Source of the DNA: an uncultured delta proteobacterium
Lineage (GTDB): Bacteria > Desulfobacterota > Binatia > Binatales > Binataceae
Length of the DNA: 64,000 nucleotides
Direction of reading: 5' to 3'
Assembly: GCA_963813785.1 (NCBI GenBank)
Contig: CAWFAJ010000001.1
Location: 22,627-86,626 of the forward strand
Shown here: positions 18,216 through 27,365 of the stretch, piece after piece
Layout of the letters: every line of letters starts with the position of its first letter
Position numbering within the stretch: position 1 is the stretch's first letter
Notes under the pieces: generated by a model
What the model was told of the DNA's origin: nothing
The model's input: only the letters and a program-made list of their open reading frames with translations
Database searches by the model: none
Program-made: the position numbers and the translations under genes

Positions 18216-19188
18216 CTATCGTCCGACCACGGCGCGAATCGCGGCTTCGATGCGAGCCTCGTCGGCGATGGCCGCCTTTTCCAGCGGCGGACTGAACGGG
18301 ATCGGCACGTCGAGCGAGGTGACGCGGCGGACGGGCGCGTCGAGGAAGTCGAAGCCCTTGTCGGCGACGATCGCGGCGATGTCGGCGGCGGCGCCGCCGC
18401 GCAGATGGCCTTCGTCGGCGATCACGATTCGATTGGTTTTCTCGACCGAAGCAAGGATCGCGTCTTCGTCGAGCGGAACCAGGGTGCGCGGATCGATAAC
18501 TTCAACCGAGATTTTTTCCTGCTCGAGCTTCTCCGCGACGCTCAATCGCCTTCGCCACCATCGCGCCAATCGCGACCACGGTGACGTTGTCGCCGGACCG
18601 CTTCACGGCGGCCTTGCCGAGCGGGACCAGGTGCTCGCCCGCGGGGACATCCTCGCGCGACCATCCGAGCGCGCCGTGCTCGAAGACGATCACGGGATTG
18701 TTGTCGCGGATGGCGCTCTTGAGCAGGCCCTTCATGTCGGAGGCGCCGGAGGGGACGACCAGCTTGAGGCCCGGGACGCTCAGAAATTGCGCGTACACCG
18801 TTTCGGAATGCTGCGCGGCCGCACCGCCCATCGCGCCATAGACGGCGCGGAAGGTGATCGGCATGGTGGCCTGTCCGCCCGACATGTAGCGGAGCTTGGC
18901 GGCCTGGTTGCAGATCTGGTCGAAGGCGCAATAGAAGAAGCTGGCGAATTCGACTTCGCAAATCGGGCGCGTCCCCGCCATCGCGGCGCCGACCGCCGCG
19001 CCGACGAAGCCGGCCTCCGAAATCGGGGTGTTGCGCACCCGCTTGGCGCCGAACTTATCGATGAGGCCCTTGGTCGCGCCGAACGCGCCGAGCACGACGT
19101 CCTCGCCCATCAGGAAGGTGAGCGGGTCGCGCTCCATTTCTTCGGCGATGGCCTGGTTGATCGCCTGGATAAAACTGATTTGTGGCAT
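18216..19188 (-). pseudogene. 2-oxoacid dehydrogenase E1 beta subunit interrupted by a single frameshift
   Basis: ORF 18502..19188 (MPQISFIQAINQAIAEEMERDP...NVTVVAIGAMVAKAIE) and ORF 18216..18569 (...VAEKLEQEKISVEVIDPRTLVPLDEDAI...) together form one collinear E1beta. The frames switch around 18538-18552. Confidence 0.85.
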
Positions 19189-19220
19189 GACGATACCTCC
19201 GATCGCGGGTGCTCAGGCGA

Positions 19221-20201
19221 TCAAGTGTTGTTGTAAACATCGTCGGTGACTTCCGACGGCGCGGGCAGTTCGCTCGAGCGCGCGAATTCGACGGCGTCGG
19301 CGAGTTCCTTTTCGGTTTCGGCGATGATCCTGGTGAGTTCGGCCGAGCTAATCTTGCCGCTCTCCGCGCACCATTTCTCGAAGCGAATCAGCGGGCATTT
19401 GCGCTTCCATTCGTCGACTTCGGATTGCTCGCGATAGGAGCCGCCGCCCAGAAAGGCCTGTTCGCCGACGACGTGCCCCTCCCATCGATAGGTCTTGCAT
19501 TCGAGCAGGGTGGGACCTTGGCCGGCGCGGGCGCGAGCGACAGCCTCGCTGGTATAGCGGAAGACTTCGAGCACGTCGTTGCCGTCAACGATTTGGCCGG
19601 GAATGCCGTAGGCCTTGGCGCGCACGGCGATGTCTTTGACCGAGGTCACGGTGTCCATCGGAGTGAACTCGCCGAAGCCGTTGTTCTCGCATACGAAGAC
19701 GACCGGCAATTTCCAGACTGCCGCGAGGTTCAGCGACTCGTGGAAGACGCCCTCGTTGGAGGCGCCGTCGCCGAAGAACGCCACGGTGACATCGTCCTTG
19801 CCGGCGATCACGGCGCCCAGCGCGGAGCCGGTGGCGATCGGCAGTCCAGCGCCGACGATGCCGTTGGCGCCGAGGATGCCGAGCGAGTAATCGACGATAT
19901 GCATCGAGCCGCCCTTGCCTTTGCAGTAGCCGGTGCGCTTGCCGAAAATCTCGGCCATCATGCGATCGAGGCGTCCGCCCTTGGCGATCAGATGTCCGTG
20001 GCCGCGATGGTTCGAGGTGATGCGATCGGTCTTGCGCAGCGCGGCGCAGACGCCGGTGGCGGAAGCCTCTTCGCCGATGGAGACGTGGACGAAGCCGGGA
20101 AGCTCGGCGGCCATCGCAAGGTCTCGCGCCTTGGATTCGAAGTGCCGGATCTTCTGCATCGTGCGGTACATCTCGAGCAACTTGTCCTTGCTGATATCCA
20201 T
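19221..20201 (-). CDS. TPP-dependent 2-oxoacid/acetoin dehydrogenase E1 alpha subunit
   Basis: 326 aa. SNHRGHGH, the GDGASNEGVFHESLNLAAVWKLPVVFVCENNGF TPP motif, and TYRWEGH. Confidence 0.92.
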   Translation of the reverse strand: MDISKDKLLEMYRTMQKIRHFESKARDLAMAAELPGFVHVSIGEEASATGVCAALRKTDRITSNHRGHGHLIAKGGRLDRMMAEIFGKRTGYCKGKGGSMHIVDYSLGILGANGIVGAGLPIATGSALGAVIAGKDDVTVAFFGDGASNEGVFHESLNLAAVWKLPVVFVCENNGFGEFTPMDTVTSVKDIAVRAKAYGIPGQIVDGNDVLEVFRYTSEAVARARAGQGPTLLECKTYRWEGHVVGEQAFLGGGSYREQSEVDEWKRKCPLIRFEKWCAESGKISSAELTRIIAETEKELADAVEFARSSELPAPSEVTDDVYNNT

Positions 20202-20356
20202 GAAGAGCTAGCCTCCGTGAGAATTGCGGGGGATGGGCGATGAATGTCCCCGGCGAGCGGAAACTATCCCCAACCGCATCAATCGTCAAATGAGCGGGCG
20301 GGCGATCGCCGAGTCGAATTCATTGCGACATCCGATTGGAGTGGTAGGCTCAGCCG

Positions 20357-21253
20357 ATGACACAGAAAATCGGGTTCGTCGGACTGGGCGCGATGGGTCT
20401 GCCGATGGCGACGAATTTGCTCGCCGCGGGATACCATCTGACGGTCTATAACCGCACCGCGTCGAAGGCAGAGCCGCTGATTGCCAAGGGCGCGCGCCGC
20501 GCGGAGCGGGCCGGCGACGTCGCGCATCCGGGGGGAATCGTGGTCTCGATGCTCGCGGACGACGCCTCGGTCAAGGCGCTGGTGACGGGCGAGGATGCGC
20601 TCGCCGAGCGAATCGCACCCGATGGAATTCATGTCTCGATGAGCACGGTGTCGCCGGCGACCACGCGGGAGCTTGCGGCATATCACGCGATGCGCGGGAG
20701 CGTGATGGTCGCGGCGCCGGTGTTCGGACGGCCAAGCGCCGCACAGGCGAAATGGTTGTGGATCTGCGCTTCGGGGCCGGCCGACGCCAAGGCCAAAGTG
20801 AAACCGATCCTTGAGGCAATGGGGCAGGACATATTCGATTTTGGCGACAATCCCGGGGCAGCGAACGTGGTGAAGCTCGCGGGCAACTTCATGATCGCGG
20901 CGGCGCTCGAGGCGATGGGTGAGGCAGTCGCGATGATGCGCAAGAGCGGCGTCGATCCGGCGGCGGCGCTCGAGATGCTGGCGAAAACGATCTTCGCGGC
21001 GCCGGTGTACCAGGGCTACGGCCCGGCGATAGCTCATGGGCGGTTCACACCGGCGGGTTTTCGGCTGCCGCTGGGACTCAAGGATATCGAGTTGGTGCTG
21101 CAGACCGCCGTCGCGGCGAACGCGCCGATGCCGACGGCGAGCCTGCTGCGGGATCGATTCATCTCGGCGATAGCCAAGGGGCGCGCCGACCTGGACTGGT
21201 CCGCGATCGCTCTGGGAGCGGCCGACGACGCCGGACTGAAGGAATCGCGCTAG
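20357..21253 (+). CDS. NAD(P)-dependent beta-hydroxyacid dehydrogenase (3-hydroxyisobutyrate/6-phosphogluconate dehydrogenase-like)
   Basis: 298 aa. Rossmann motif KIGFVGLGAMGLPMATNL, then VKLAGNFMIAAALEAMGEA and GLKDIELV. Confidence 0.88.
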   Translation: MTQKIGFVGLGAMGLPMATNLLAAGYHLTVYNRTASKAEPLIAKGARRAERAGDVAHPGGIVVSMLADDASVKALVTGEDALAERIAPDGIHVSMSTVSPATTRELAAYHAMRGSVMVAAPVFGRPSAAQAKWLWICASGPADAKAKVKPILEAMGQDIFDFGDNPGAANVVKLAGNFMIAAALEAMGEAVAMMRKSGVDPAAALEMLAKTIFAAPVYQGYGPAIAHGRFTPAGFRLPLGLKDIELVLQTAVAANAPMPTASLLRDRFISAIAKGRADLDWSAIALGAADDAGLKESR

Positions 21254-21275
21254 GGAATTTTCCCGCGAGACGCGC

Positions 21276-22058
21276 GTGACGAAGTACCTCGCCCAGGTTT
21301 TCGCGCTCTCTCTATGCATGGCCGCGATGCTCGCGGCGGCGCGTCCAGCGCACGCGATCGACTTCTACGAAATCCAGATCTACGACACGGACACCGCGCC
21401 GACCGGTCATCTACAGCTCGAATTGCATTCAAACACGGCCTCGACGGCGACCGGGCAGTTGGCGAAGAGCGAGATGGACGTGTACCAGGTGCACGAGACG
21501 CTCGAAGGCTCGTACGGAGTCGTGCGTTGGCTCGAGGTCGGGCAGTATCTCGCCACCGCGAAGTTGTCCAACGGCGACTACGAATACTCGGGCTCGCGCA
21601 CGAAGGTCCATTTCGGCATCCCGCAGACTTTCGAGTGGCCGGTGCAGTTCGGCGGAAATATCGAGCTTGATTACATGCGGCGCGCAGCCGAGGAAAATCC
21701 GCTGACGCTGGAGCTGCGGCCGATCGCCGGCGGGAGCTACAAGGGATTTCGACTGGTGGGAAACTTCGCGTTCGAAAAGCCGTTGCGCGGTCCGCAGACG
21801 CATCGCGGGGTTCAATTCGAGCCGTCGGGCGAGGTGGTCTATGCGCTCAACCGCTGGGTTTCGCCGGCGCTGGAATACTACGGCGACCTGGGACCGATTC
21901 AGCCGCTGGCAAAGGTGCAGGAGCAGCAGCATTTCATCGTGCCGGCGCTCAATTTTGATTTCATCCCGCAACTGGAGCTCAACCTCGGCGTGGGAATCGG
22001 AGTGACTCGCGCCAGTAACGGGGTATTTCTGAAATCGATTGTTGGCTGGACGTTTTAG
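21276..22058 (+). CDS. Putative outer-membrane beta-barrel protein
   Basis: 260 aa. Signal peptide ...AAARPAHA/IDF, alternating-hydrophobic strands, and a C-terminal aromatic residue (GWTF). GTG start. Confidence 0.6.
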   Translation: MTKYLAQVFALSLCMAAMLAAARPAHAIDFYEIQIYDTDTAPTGHLQLELHSNTASTATGQLAKSEMDVYQVHETLEGSYGVVRWLEVGQYLATAKLSNGDYEYSGSRTKVHFGIPQTFEWPVQFGGNIELDYMRRAAEENPLTLELRPIAGGSYKGFRLVGNFAFEKPLRGPQTHRGVQFEPSGEVVYALNRWVSPALEYYGDLGPIQPLAKVQEQQHFIVPALNFDFIPQLELNLGVGIGVTRASNGVFLKSIVGWTF

Positions 22059-22152
22059 GCGCCGGCGGGAGAGGCCGCAGTGGGGCCGGAGACTCATCGT
22101 TGCTTGGTTGGCCGGGCTTAACTATCCTCGAATCACGCGCTTGGCGCCTTCG

Positions 22153-23514
22153 ATGTTGTTTCCCTCACAAGACAGGCGAGCTGACGAGAAACTCGGGCGA
22201 ATCCTGGGCCGGGTAGGTTCCGTCCGCTCGCGACTCAATCGGCTTGCACTGCAGGACGCGATTTTCTACACGCTGGCGATCGCGATCGCGGGCGGCGCCG
22301 CGGTTTTTGCCGGTGCATATCTGCTGTCGCCGCTCGCCTTCCTGGTAGCCACTTCGGCGCTGGTGATTATCGGCTGTGCCGGTATCGCGAGCGCAATCGG
22401 CGGGGCATGGCGGATGCGCGCCGGCGCGGTGCGGGCCGCCGCGATTGCCGACGACCGGGCCGAGCTGAAGGGGCGTCTCTCGACGATCGTCGCGCTTGCC
22501 AATCACCGGACCCGCAGCTCGCTGTGGGCGTACCTGGTGGAAGATACGCTCGGCCATCAGGAGCAATTCGCGGTCGCGCGGATCGAGCGGCGCCGCGTGT
22601 CGCGCGCGATCTATGCGCTGGCCGGAGCAATCGTGCTGGCGGCGCTCGCGCTCCCGATTTCAAAAATCAAGCACGCGCCACAGAGCGCTGCGGGCATCGG
22701 GCAGGACGACCTGACGGTCGATCTGGACGAGCTGCATCTGCGGCCGGCCGATCCGGGCGATGAATCGGGGATGCAGGTGACGGCAGACGCGGCGACGATG
22801 CGCCGGCTCGAGGACAAATTGGCTCGGGAGGGCGGGGCGAACGGCGAGGCAGGCGGCAATTCGCTGAACCAGATGGTGAATCGCGCGCGCGACCTGGCCG
22901 GGCATTTGCAAAGCAAGCTTACCGGACAGCAGGCGGCCTCGAAGCAGCGTCTCAACCTGCGCCTGGCCGACGCGAACGGCGATCAGGCTCAAAACGAAAT
23001 TCATCGCGCTCCTGAAACGCAGCAGAATCGGCATAGCGACGCCGCGGGACAGTTCAAACAGGACCAGCCAAAATCCAACCGCAAGATCGATCTGCCCAGC
23101 GGAGACGACTCGCGCCAGCCCAATTCCGAGTCTTCGCCCGGCGGCTACGGTGAGCCGGGCGCGCAAGCCGACTCCGGCAACGACAACGCCGACAAGCGGG
23201 ACAACGGCGCGACCGGTCGCAGCATCGGGCAAAGCGGCGAGAATGGCGGCAACGGCGGCGCGGCGCACGGAACCGGCGCCGATCCCGACAGCCTGTTCGG
23301 CGCACCGGCGGCGTCGAAGCTCGGCACCGAGGGTTTCGAGATCGCAATCGAAGCGCGACCCGTCGATCACGGTGCCAAGGGCGCCGGTCACGCCTACGTT
23401 GCGCCCAAAGTGCGCACGCCGCTCAGCCCGAGCCAGGAGCCCGACGAGCCGGTGGCGCGCGCCGCGGTGCCGGCCGAAGATCGAACTACTATCAAGCGGG
23501 TATTCGAAAGATGA
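22153..23514 (+). CDS. Membrane protein with long low-complexity G/N/Q/D/S-rich tail; first gene of MoxR module 1
   Basis: I place the start at ATG 22153 (MLFPSQ...). It has two hydrophobic hairpin segments, one further TM, then a polar low-complexity region ending VPAEDRTTIKRVFER. Same position and architecture as 61058..62596. Confidence 0.6.
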   Translation: MLFPSQDRRADEKLGRILGRVGSVRSRLNRLALQDAIFYTLAIAIAGGAAVFAGAYLLSPLAFLVATSALVIIGCAGIASAIGGAWRMRAGAVRAAAIADDRAELKGRLSTIVALANHRTRSSLWAYLVEDTLGHQEQFAVARIERRRVSRAIYALAGAIVLAALALPISKIKHAPQSAAGIGQDDLTVDLDELHLRPADPGDESGMQVTADAATMRRLEDKLAREGGANGEAGGNSLNQMVNRARDLAGHLQSKLTGQQAASKQRLNLRLADANGDQAQNEIHRAPETQQNRHSDAAGQFKQDQPKSNRKIDLPSGDDSRQPNSESSPGGYGEPGAQADSGNDNADKRDNGATGRSIGQSGENGGNGGAAHGTGADPDSLFGAPAASKLGTEGFEIAIEARPVDHGAKGAGHAYVAPKVRTPLSPSQEPDEPVARAAVPAEDRTTIKRVFER

Positions 23515-24551
23515 GCGACGTGCAGGCGGAAACGCCAACGGTGGCGGATTTCGCCCGGACGTTCCGGCGTGTCCAGGCCGAGATCCACAAGCTGATCATC
23601 GGACACGAGCAGGCCGTCGAGGAGTTGCTGTCGGCGCTGTTTGCCGGCGGCCACGTGCTGATCGAAGGCGTTCCCGGCACGGGCAAAACGACGCTGGTCA
23701 AAACGCTGGGGCTGGCGCTCAATCTGAGCTTCAACCGGATTCAATTCACGGTGGATCTGATGCCGGCCGATATAACCGGCACGCGCGTGATTTTGTCGGG
23801 CGACGATGGGCGGCGCGAGTTCAGTTTTCAGCCGGGACCGGTGTTCTGCCATATCCTGCTGGGCGACGAAATCAATCGCGCGACGCCCAAGACGCAGTCG
23901 GCGCTGCTGGAGGCGATGGCCGAGTTGCAGGTGACGGTAGCGGGCACCACCTACCGCCTCAAACCGCCGTACTTCGTGATGGCGACGCTGAATCCGATCG
24001 AGATGGAGGGCACCTATCCGCTGCCGGAGGCGCAACTCGATCGCTTCCTGTTCAAAGTCCGTTTGAACTATCCCGACGAAGGCGAACTGACCCGGATCAT
24101 CTCGTCGACGACCGGGCCCGAAGAGGCGGGGGTCGAGGCGGTTTTCCACGCCACCGAAGCCGCCGAGCGAATCGAGGCGCTGAAGAAGCTGGTGCGCGAA
24201 GTGATGGTGGCGCCGGCGATGGAGACCTACGCGGCGCGGCTGGTGCGAACCACGCAGCCGCAGAACTCGCGCTTCGTCGCCAACGGAGCCGGGACCGTGC
24301 ACGACGAAATGGTCAATCGCTACGTGATGTTCGGCTCGAGCCCGCGCGGCGCGCAGGCGCTCATTCTGGGCGCCAAGGTGCATGCGCTGCTCGACGGGCG
24401 CGCCAATATCGCGCGTGAAGATATCGAGCACGTGGCAGTTGCCGCGCTTGCCCATCGCATCATGCTCAACTACGCCGCGCTGTCCGACGGAATCGACGCC
24501 ACGCAGATTGTCGAGCGCGTCATCAAGTCGGTTCGCGCCGGGAAGCCATAG
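23511..24551 (+). CDS. MoxR-family AAA+ ATPase (module 1)
   Basis: 346 aa. Walker A GVPGTGKT, Walker B LLGDEINRA, PKTQSALLEAM, ATLNPIEMEGTYPLPEAQLDRF and SPRGAQAL. The start overlaps the upstream stop (ATGA). Confidence 0.93.
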   Translation: MSDVQAETPTVADFARTFRRVQAEIHKLIIGHEQAVEELLSALFAGGHVLIEGVPGTGKTTLVKTLGLALNLSFNRIQFTVDLMPADITGTRVILSGDDGRREFSFQPGPVFCHILLGDEINRATPKTQSALLEAMAELQVTVAGTTYRLKPPYFVMATLNPIEMEGTYPLPEAQLDRFLFKVRLNYPDEGELTRIISSTTGPEEAGVEAVFHATEAAERIEALKKLVREVMVAPAMETYAARLVRTTQPQNSRFVANGAGTVHDEMVNRYVMFGSSPRGAQALILGAKVHALLDGRANIAREDIEHVAVAALAHRIMLNYAALSDGIDATQIVERVIKSVRAGKP

Positions 24552-24561
24552 GCAAGCGGCG

Positions 24562-25467
24562 ATGCTCGAAACACGCGCTTTCGAGCCGGAATTTTTGCGC
24601 AAGCTTGACCGCCTGGTGCTGGGCATCAAGCGTGCCCGCACCGTGCGCGCGGGCCAGCGCGCGCTGGGCAGAATCCAGGGGCTCGGAATCGAGCCGGAAA
24701 ATTTCAAGCAGTACGCACCCGGCGACGATTTGCGCTTCCTCGATTGGAACGCGTTCGCGCGGTTTGACGAATTGATGCTGCGAACTTTTCGCGTCGATCG
24801 CCAGGTCGAGATTACCGCGCTGGTGGACGCGAGTGCGTCGATGGGATTGCCCGAGCGCGACGACAAGCTGGGGCTCGCGTTGGCGATCGGCGCGTCGCTT
24901 GCGTACATCGGGATGGCGAACAACGACGCGGTTCGAATCGGCGCGTTCTCGATGCATCGTGGGGCGATGAAGCTCGAAGCGACGCCGTTTCATCGCCGCC
25001 GCGAGTCGTACCCCAACTTCAGGCCGTTCGTGAGGTCGGTGAAGGCGGGCGGCGAGACCCGGCTGGGCGCGGCCGTCGATCAATTGCTGCAGCAGCGCCG
25101 GCCGGCTGGGACGGTCGTCGTCATCTCGGATTTTCTCGTCAATGCAAGCGACGTCGAAGACGCGCTGAAGCGGCTGGTGGCGGCGCGCCACGAAGTAAAA
25201 GTTATCCACGTGATGGGCGACCAGGAGAGCACCGGTTCATATCCATCGGGACCGGTGCGGGTGCGCGACGCGGAGAGCGGCGAAGTCCGCGAGACGGTGC
25301 TGGGCCCGGCAATGGCCGCGGCGATCCGGCGCAAGGTCGAAAAGATCGCCGCGCGCGTCCGTGAGATCTGCACGACGCACGCGATTACTTATGCGCAGGC
25401 GTTCGGCGCGGACAATCTGGAACGCATCATGGAGCGCGAACTCCCGCGGCTCGGAATGGTGAGATAA
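24562..25467 (+). CDS. DUF58 family protein (module 1)
   Basis: Starts MLETRAFEPEFLRKL. Hallmark motif FKQYAPGDDLRFLDWNAFARFDELMLRTF...ALVDASASM. Confidence 0.88.
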   Translation: MLETRAFEPEFLRKLDRLVLGIKRARTVRAGQRALGRIQGLGIEPENFKQYAPGDDLRFLDWNAFARFDELMLRTFRVDRQVEITALVDASASMGLPERDDKLGLALAIGASLAYIGMANNDAVRIGAFSMHRGAMKLEATPFHRRRESYPNFRPFVRSVKAGGETRLGAAVDQLLQQRRPAGTVVVISDFLVNASDVEDALKRLVAARHEVKVIHVMGDQESTGSYPSGPVRVRDAESGEVRETVLGPAMAAAIRRKVEKIAARVREICTTHAITYAQAFGADNLERIMERELPRLGMVR

Positions 25468-25469
25468 TC

Positions 25470-27365
25470 GTGGGTCTCCTGAATCCGCAGAACTTCATCT
25501 ATGGACTCAGCCTCGCGCTGTTGGTGCTGATCTATCTGCGCTCGCGCCCGCGTCCGACCATCGAAGTGTCGAGCCTGATGCTGTTCGACGAAGCGGCGGC
25601 GCCGGTTGCGAGCGTTCGTATCCTGCGGATCGACCCGCTGTTCTGGCTCGAGATGGCGACGCTGACGGCGCTGACGCTGGCGATCGCGGGATTGTACGTG
25701 ATGAGGCCGCGCACGCCCGGTCACGGCCGGATCCATGCGCTGGTGTTCGATCTCGGCGCCGGGATGAGTGCGCGCGAAGGCTCCGGCACCAGACTGGACC
25801 AGGCGCGCGGGGAGGCGATGGAAATAATCAATCAAGCGCCGGCTGGAGACGAGTTCAGCGTTATCGCATACGCATCGGAGGCGCAGGCGCGCCATCCGCA
25901 GACCGCGAACCCGGCAGACCTGCGCCAGGCGCTCGGCGATCTGGCTGCGATGGCGGTGCCCGCACGCACGGCGGCTCTGCGAGCGGCGCTGATTCGGGCA
26001 CGCGGCGCCTCGGAAATCGATCTGTTCGCCGATCGGCCGCCGGCGGCTGAGATTTTGGCCGACGCCGCCTCGACGGCGCGGGTAAATTTCCACCTGGTCG
26101 GTTCCGGCGACTCCAATCTGGCGATCGTGTCGCTCGATCCCGGCATCCCGGGCTCGACGCGCGGCCGCGCCGTGATTCGCAATTTCTCCGCGCGGCCTTC
26201 TCCCTGCGAACTGGCGATCGATCTCGGCGGCCGCGAGGAGTTTCATCAGACCCTGATGCTCGCGCCGGGTGAGCAGGTCGTGGCCGGGTTCGGACCGCTG
26301 AAGACGGGAGGCGTGCTGCACGCGCGAATCCTGACCCCCGATGCGATCGCCGCAGACAACGACCGCTACGCCTACGCGCCATCCGATCGCGCGGCGCAGG
26401 TGCTGGTTCTCTCGCCCGACGCCGCGGTGCGCGACGATATCGCGCGCGTGCTGCTCGCGGTCAACGCGAATTTCCAGATCGAAACCGCCGATCCCGTCAA
26501 GTATCTTGCGGGTGCGAAGGCGTCCGGCCCCAGCGCGAAGCGGCTGGAACTGGCGGTCATGCACGATTGCTATGTGCCCGCGACCGGGGCGGCGTCCACG
26601 CTGCTCATATATCCGCCGCAACTTGCGAAGAACTTGCGGTACGCGGCCGGATTGGGAATCTCCGTCGATGGAACGATTGCGAGCGCGGATATTCGCAGCG
26701 ATGCGATAGGCGACGCGCGCGGGATCGAATCGGTGGCGCTGGGCGCGACGCGAATAGTGGCGATCCCCGAATGGATGGATTTGATTGCGAGCGCGGCCGG
26801 CCCCGCTCATCCGTCGATCCCGCTGGCCGCGATCGGGCGCGGCGCAGACGGTCCCGCCGGAGTACTCGCGTTCGACGTCCGCGATCATCTTCTGCTCGCC
26901 CCCGATCATCTCGACGCGCTGGTGCTGACGGTCGATCTGATCAAGCAACTGACCGCGCCGCGCGATATTTTGATCGTGCCGACCGGCGCTGATGTAAGCC
27001 TGCCCGCAACCGGCAGCGCGCGTGTCACCCGGCCCGATGCCAGCGTGCGGACAATTACGGCCGACAAATGGGGCCGCGTGCGAATCCGTCCGATCCAGGC
27101 CGGGCGCTACAGCGTCGAGTCGGGAGGCGAGACGACGCAGGTGTTCGCCAACTATTACGACGCGGCGGAGTCCGACCTTGGCGCGAAATCGCAGGCCGAA
27201 GCGAAGGCGCCGGCGGAAAAGGCCGCCAGCGCATCGAATGCGCAATCCGGCGGGGAAGTGCAGCCGCTGGTTTTCATTTTGATCGCGCTGGCGTTGCTCG
27301 CGCTGACGATTGAATCCGCGATGCTGATTGGCCACGCCGGCCGCTGGGGGATGCGCCATGTTTGA
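25470..27365 (+). CDS. BatA-N (aerotolerance-regulator N-terminal) double-TM protein with degenerate VWA-like region and C-terminal anchor (module 1)
   Basis: 631 aa. N-terminus MGLLNPQNFIYGLSLALLVLIYLR plus a second TM, a degenerate MIDAS (VFDLGAGMS) and a C-terminal TM (PLVFILIALALLALTIE). GTG start 2 nt after the DUF58 stop. Confidence 0.75.
   Translation: MGLLNPQNFIYGLSLALLVLIYLRSRPRPTIEVSSLMLFDEAAAPVASVRILRIDPLFWLEMATLTALTLAIAGLYVMRPRTPGHGRIHALVFDLGAGMSAREGSGTRLDQARGEAMEIINQAPAGDEFSVIAYASEAQARHPQTANPADLRQALGDLAAMAVPARTAALRAALIRARGASEIDLFADRPPAAEILADAASTARVNFHLVGSGDSNLAIVSLDPGIPGSTRGRAVIRNFSARPSPCELAIDLGGREEFHQTLMLAPGEQVVAGFGPLKTGGVLHARILTPDAIAADNDRYAYAPSDRAAQVLVLSPDAAVRDDIARVLLAVNANFQIETADPVKYLAGAKASGPSAKRLELAVMHDCYVPATGAASTLLIYPPQLAKNLRYAAGLGISVDGTIASADIRSDAIGDARGIESVALGATRIVAIPEWMDLIASAAGPAHPSIPLAAIGRGADGPAGVLAFDVRDHLLLAPDHLDALVLTVDLIKQLTAPRDILIVPTGADVSLPATGSARVTRPDASVRTITADKWGRVRIRPIQAGRYSVESGGETTQVFANYYDAAESDLGAKSQAEAKAPAEKAASASNAQSGGEVQPLVFILIALALLALTIESAMLIGHAGRWGMRHV

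Noticed and set aside
18530-18560. Programmed ribosomal frameshift in E1beta.
   Set aside because: There is no slippery heptamer, no downstream structure I can see, and no precedent known to me for this family. An indel is the simpler explanation.
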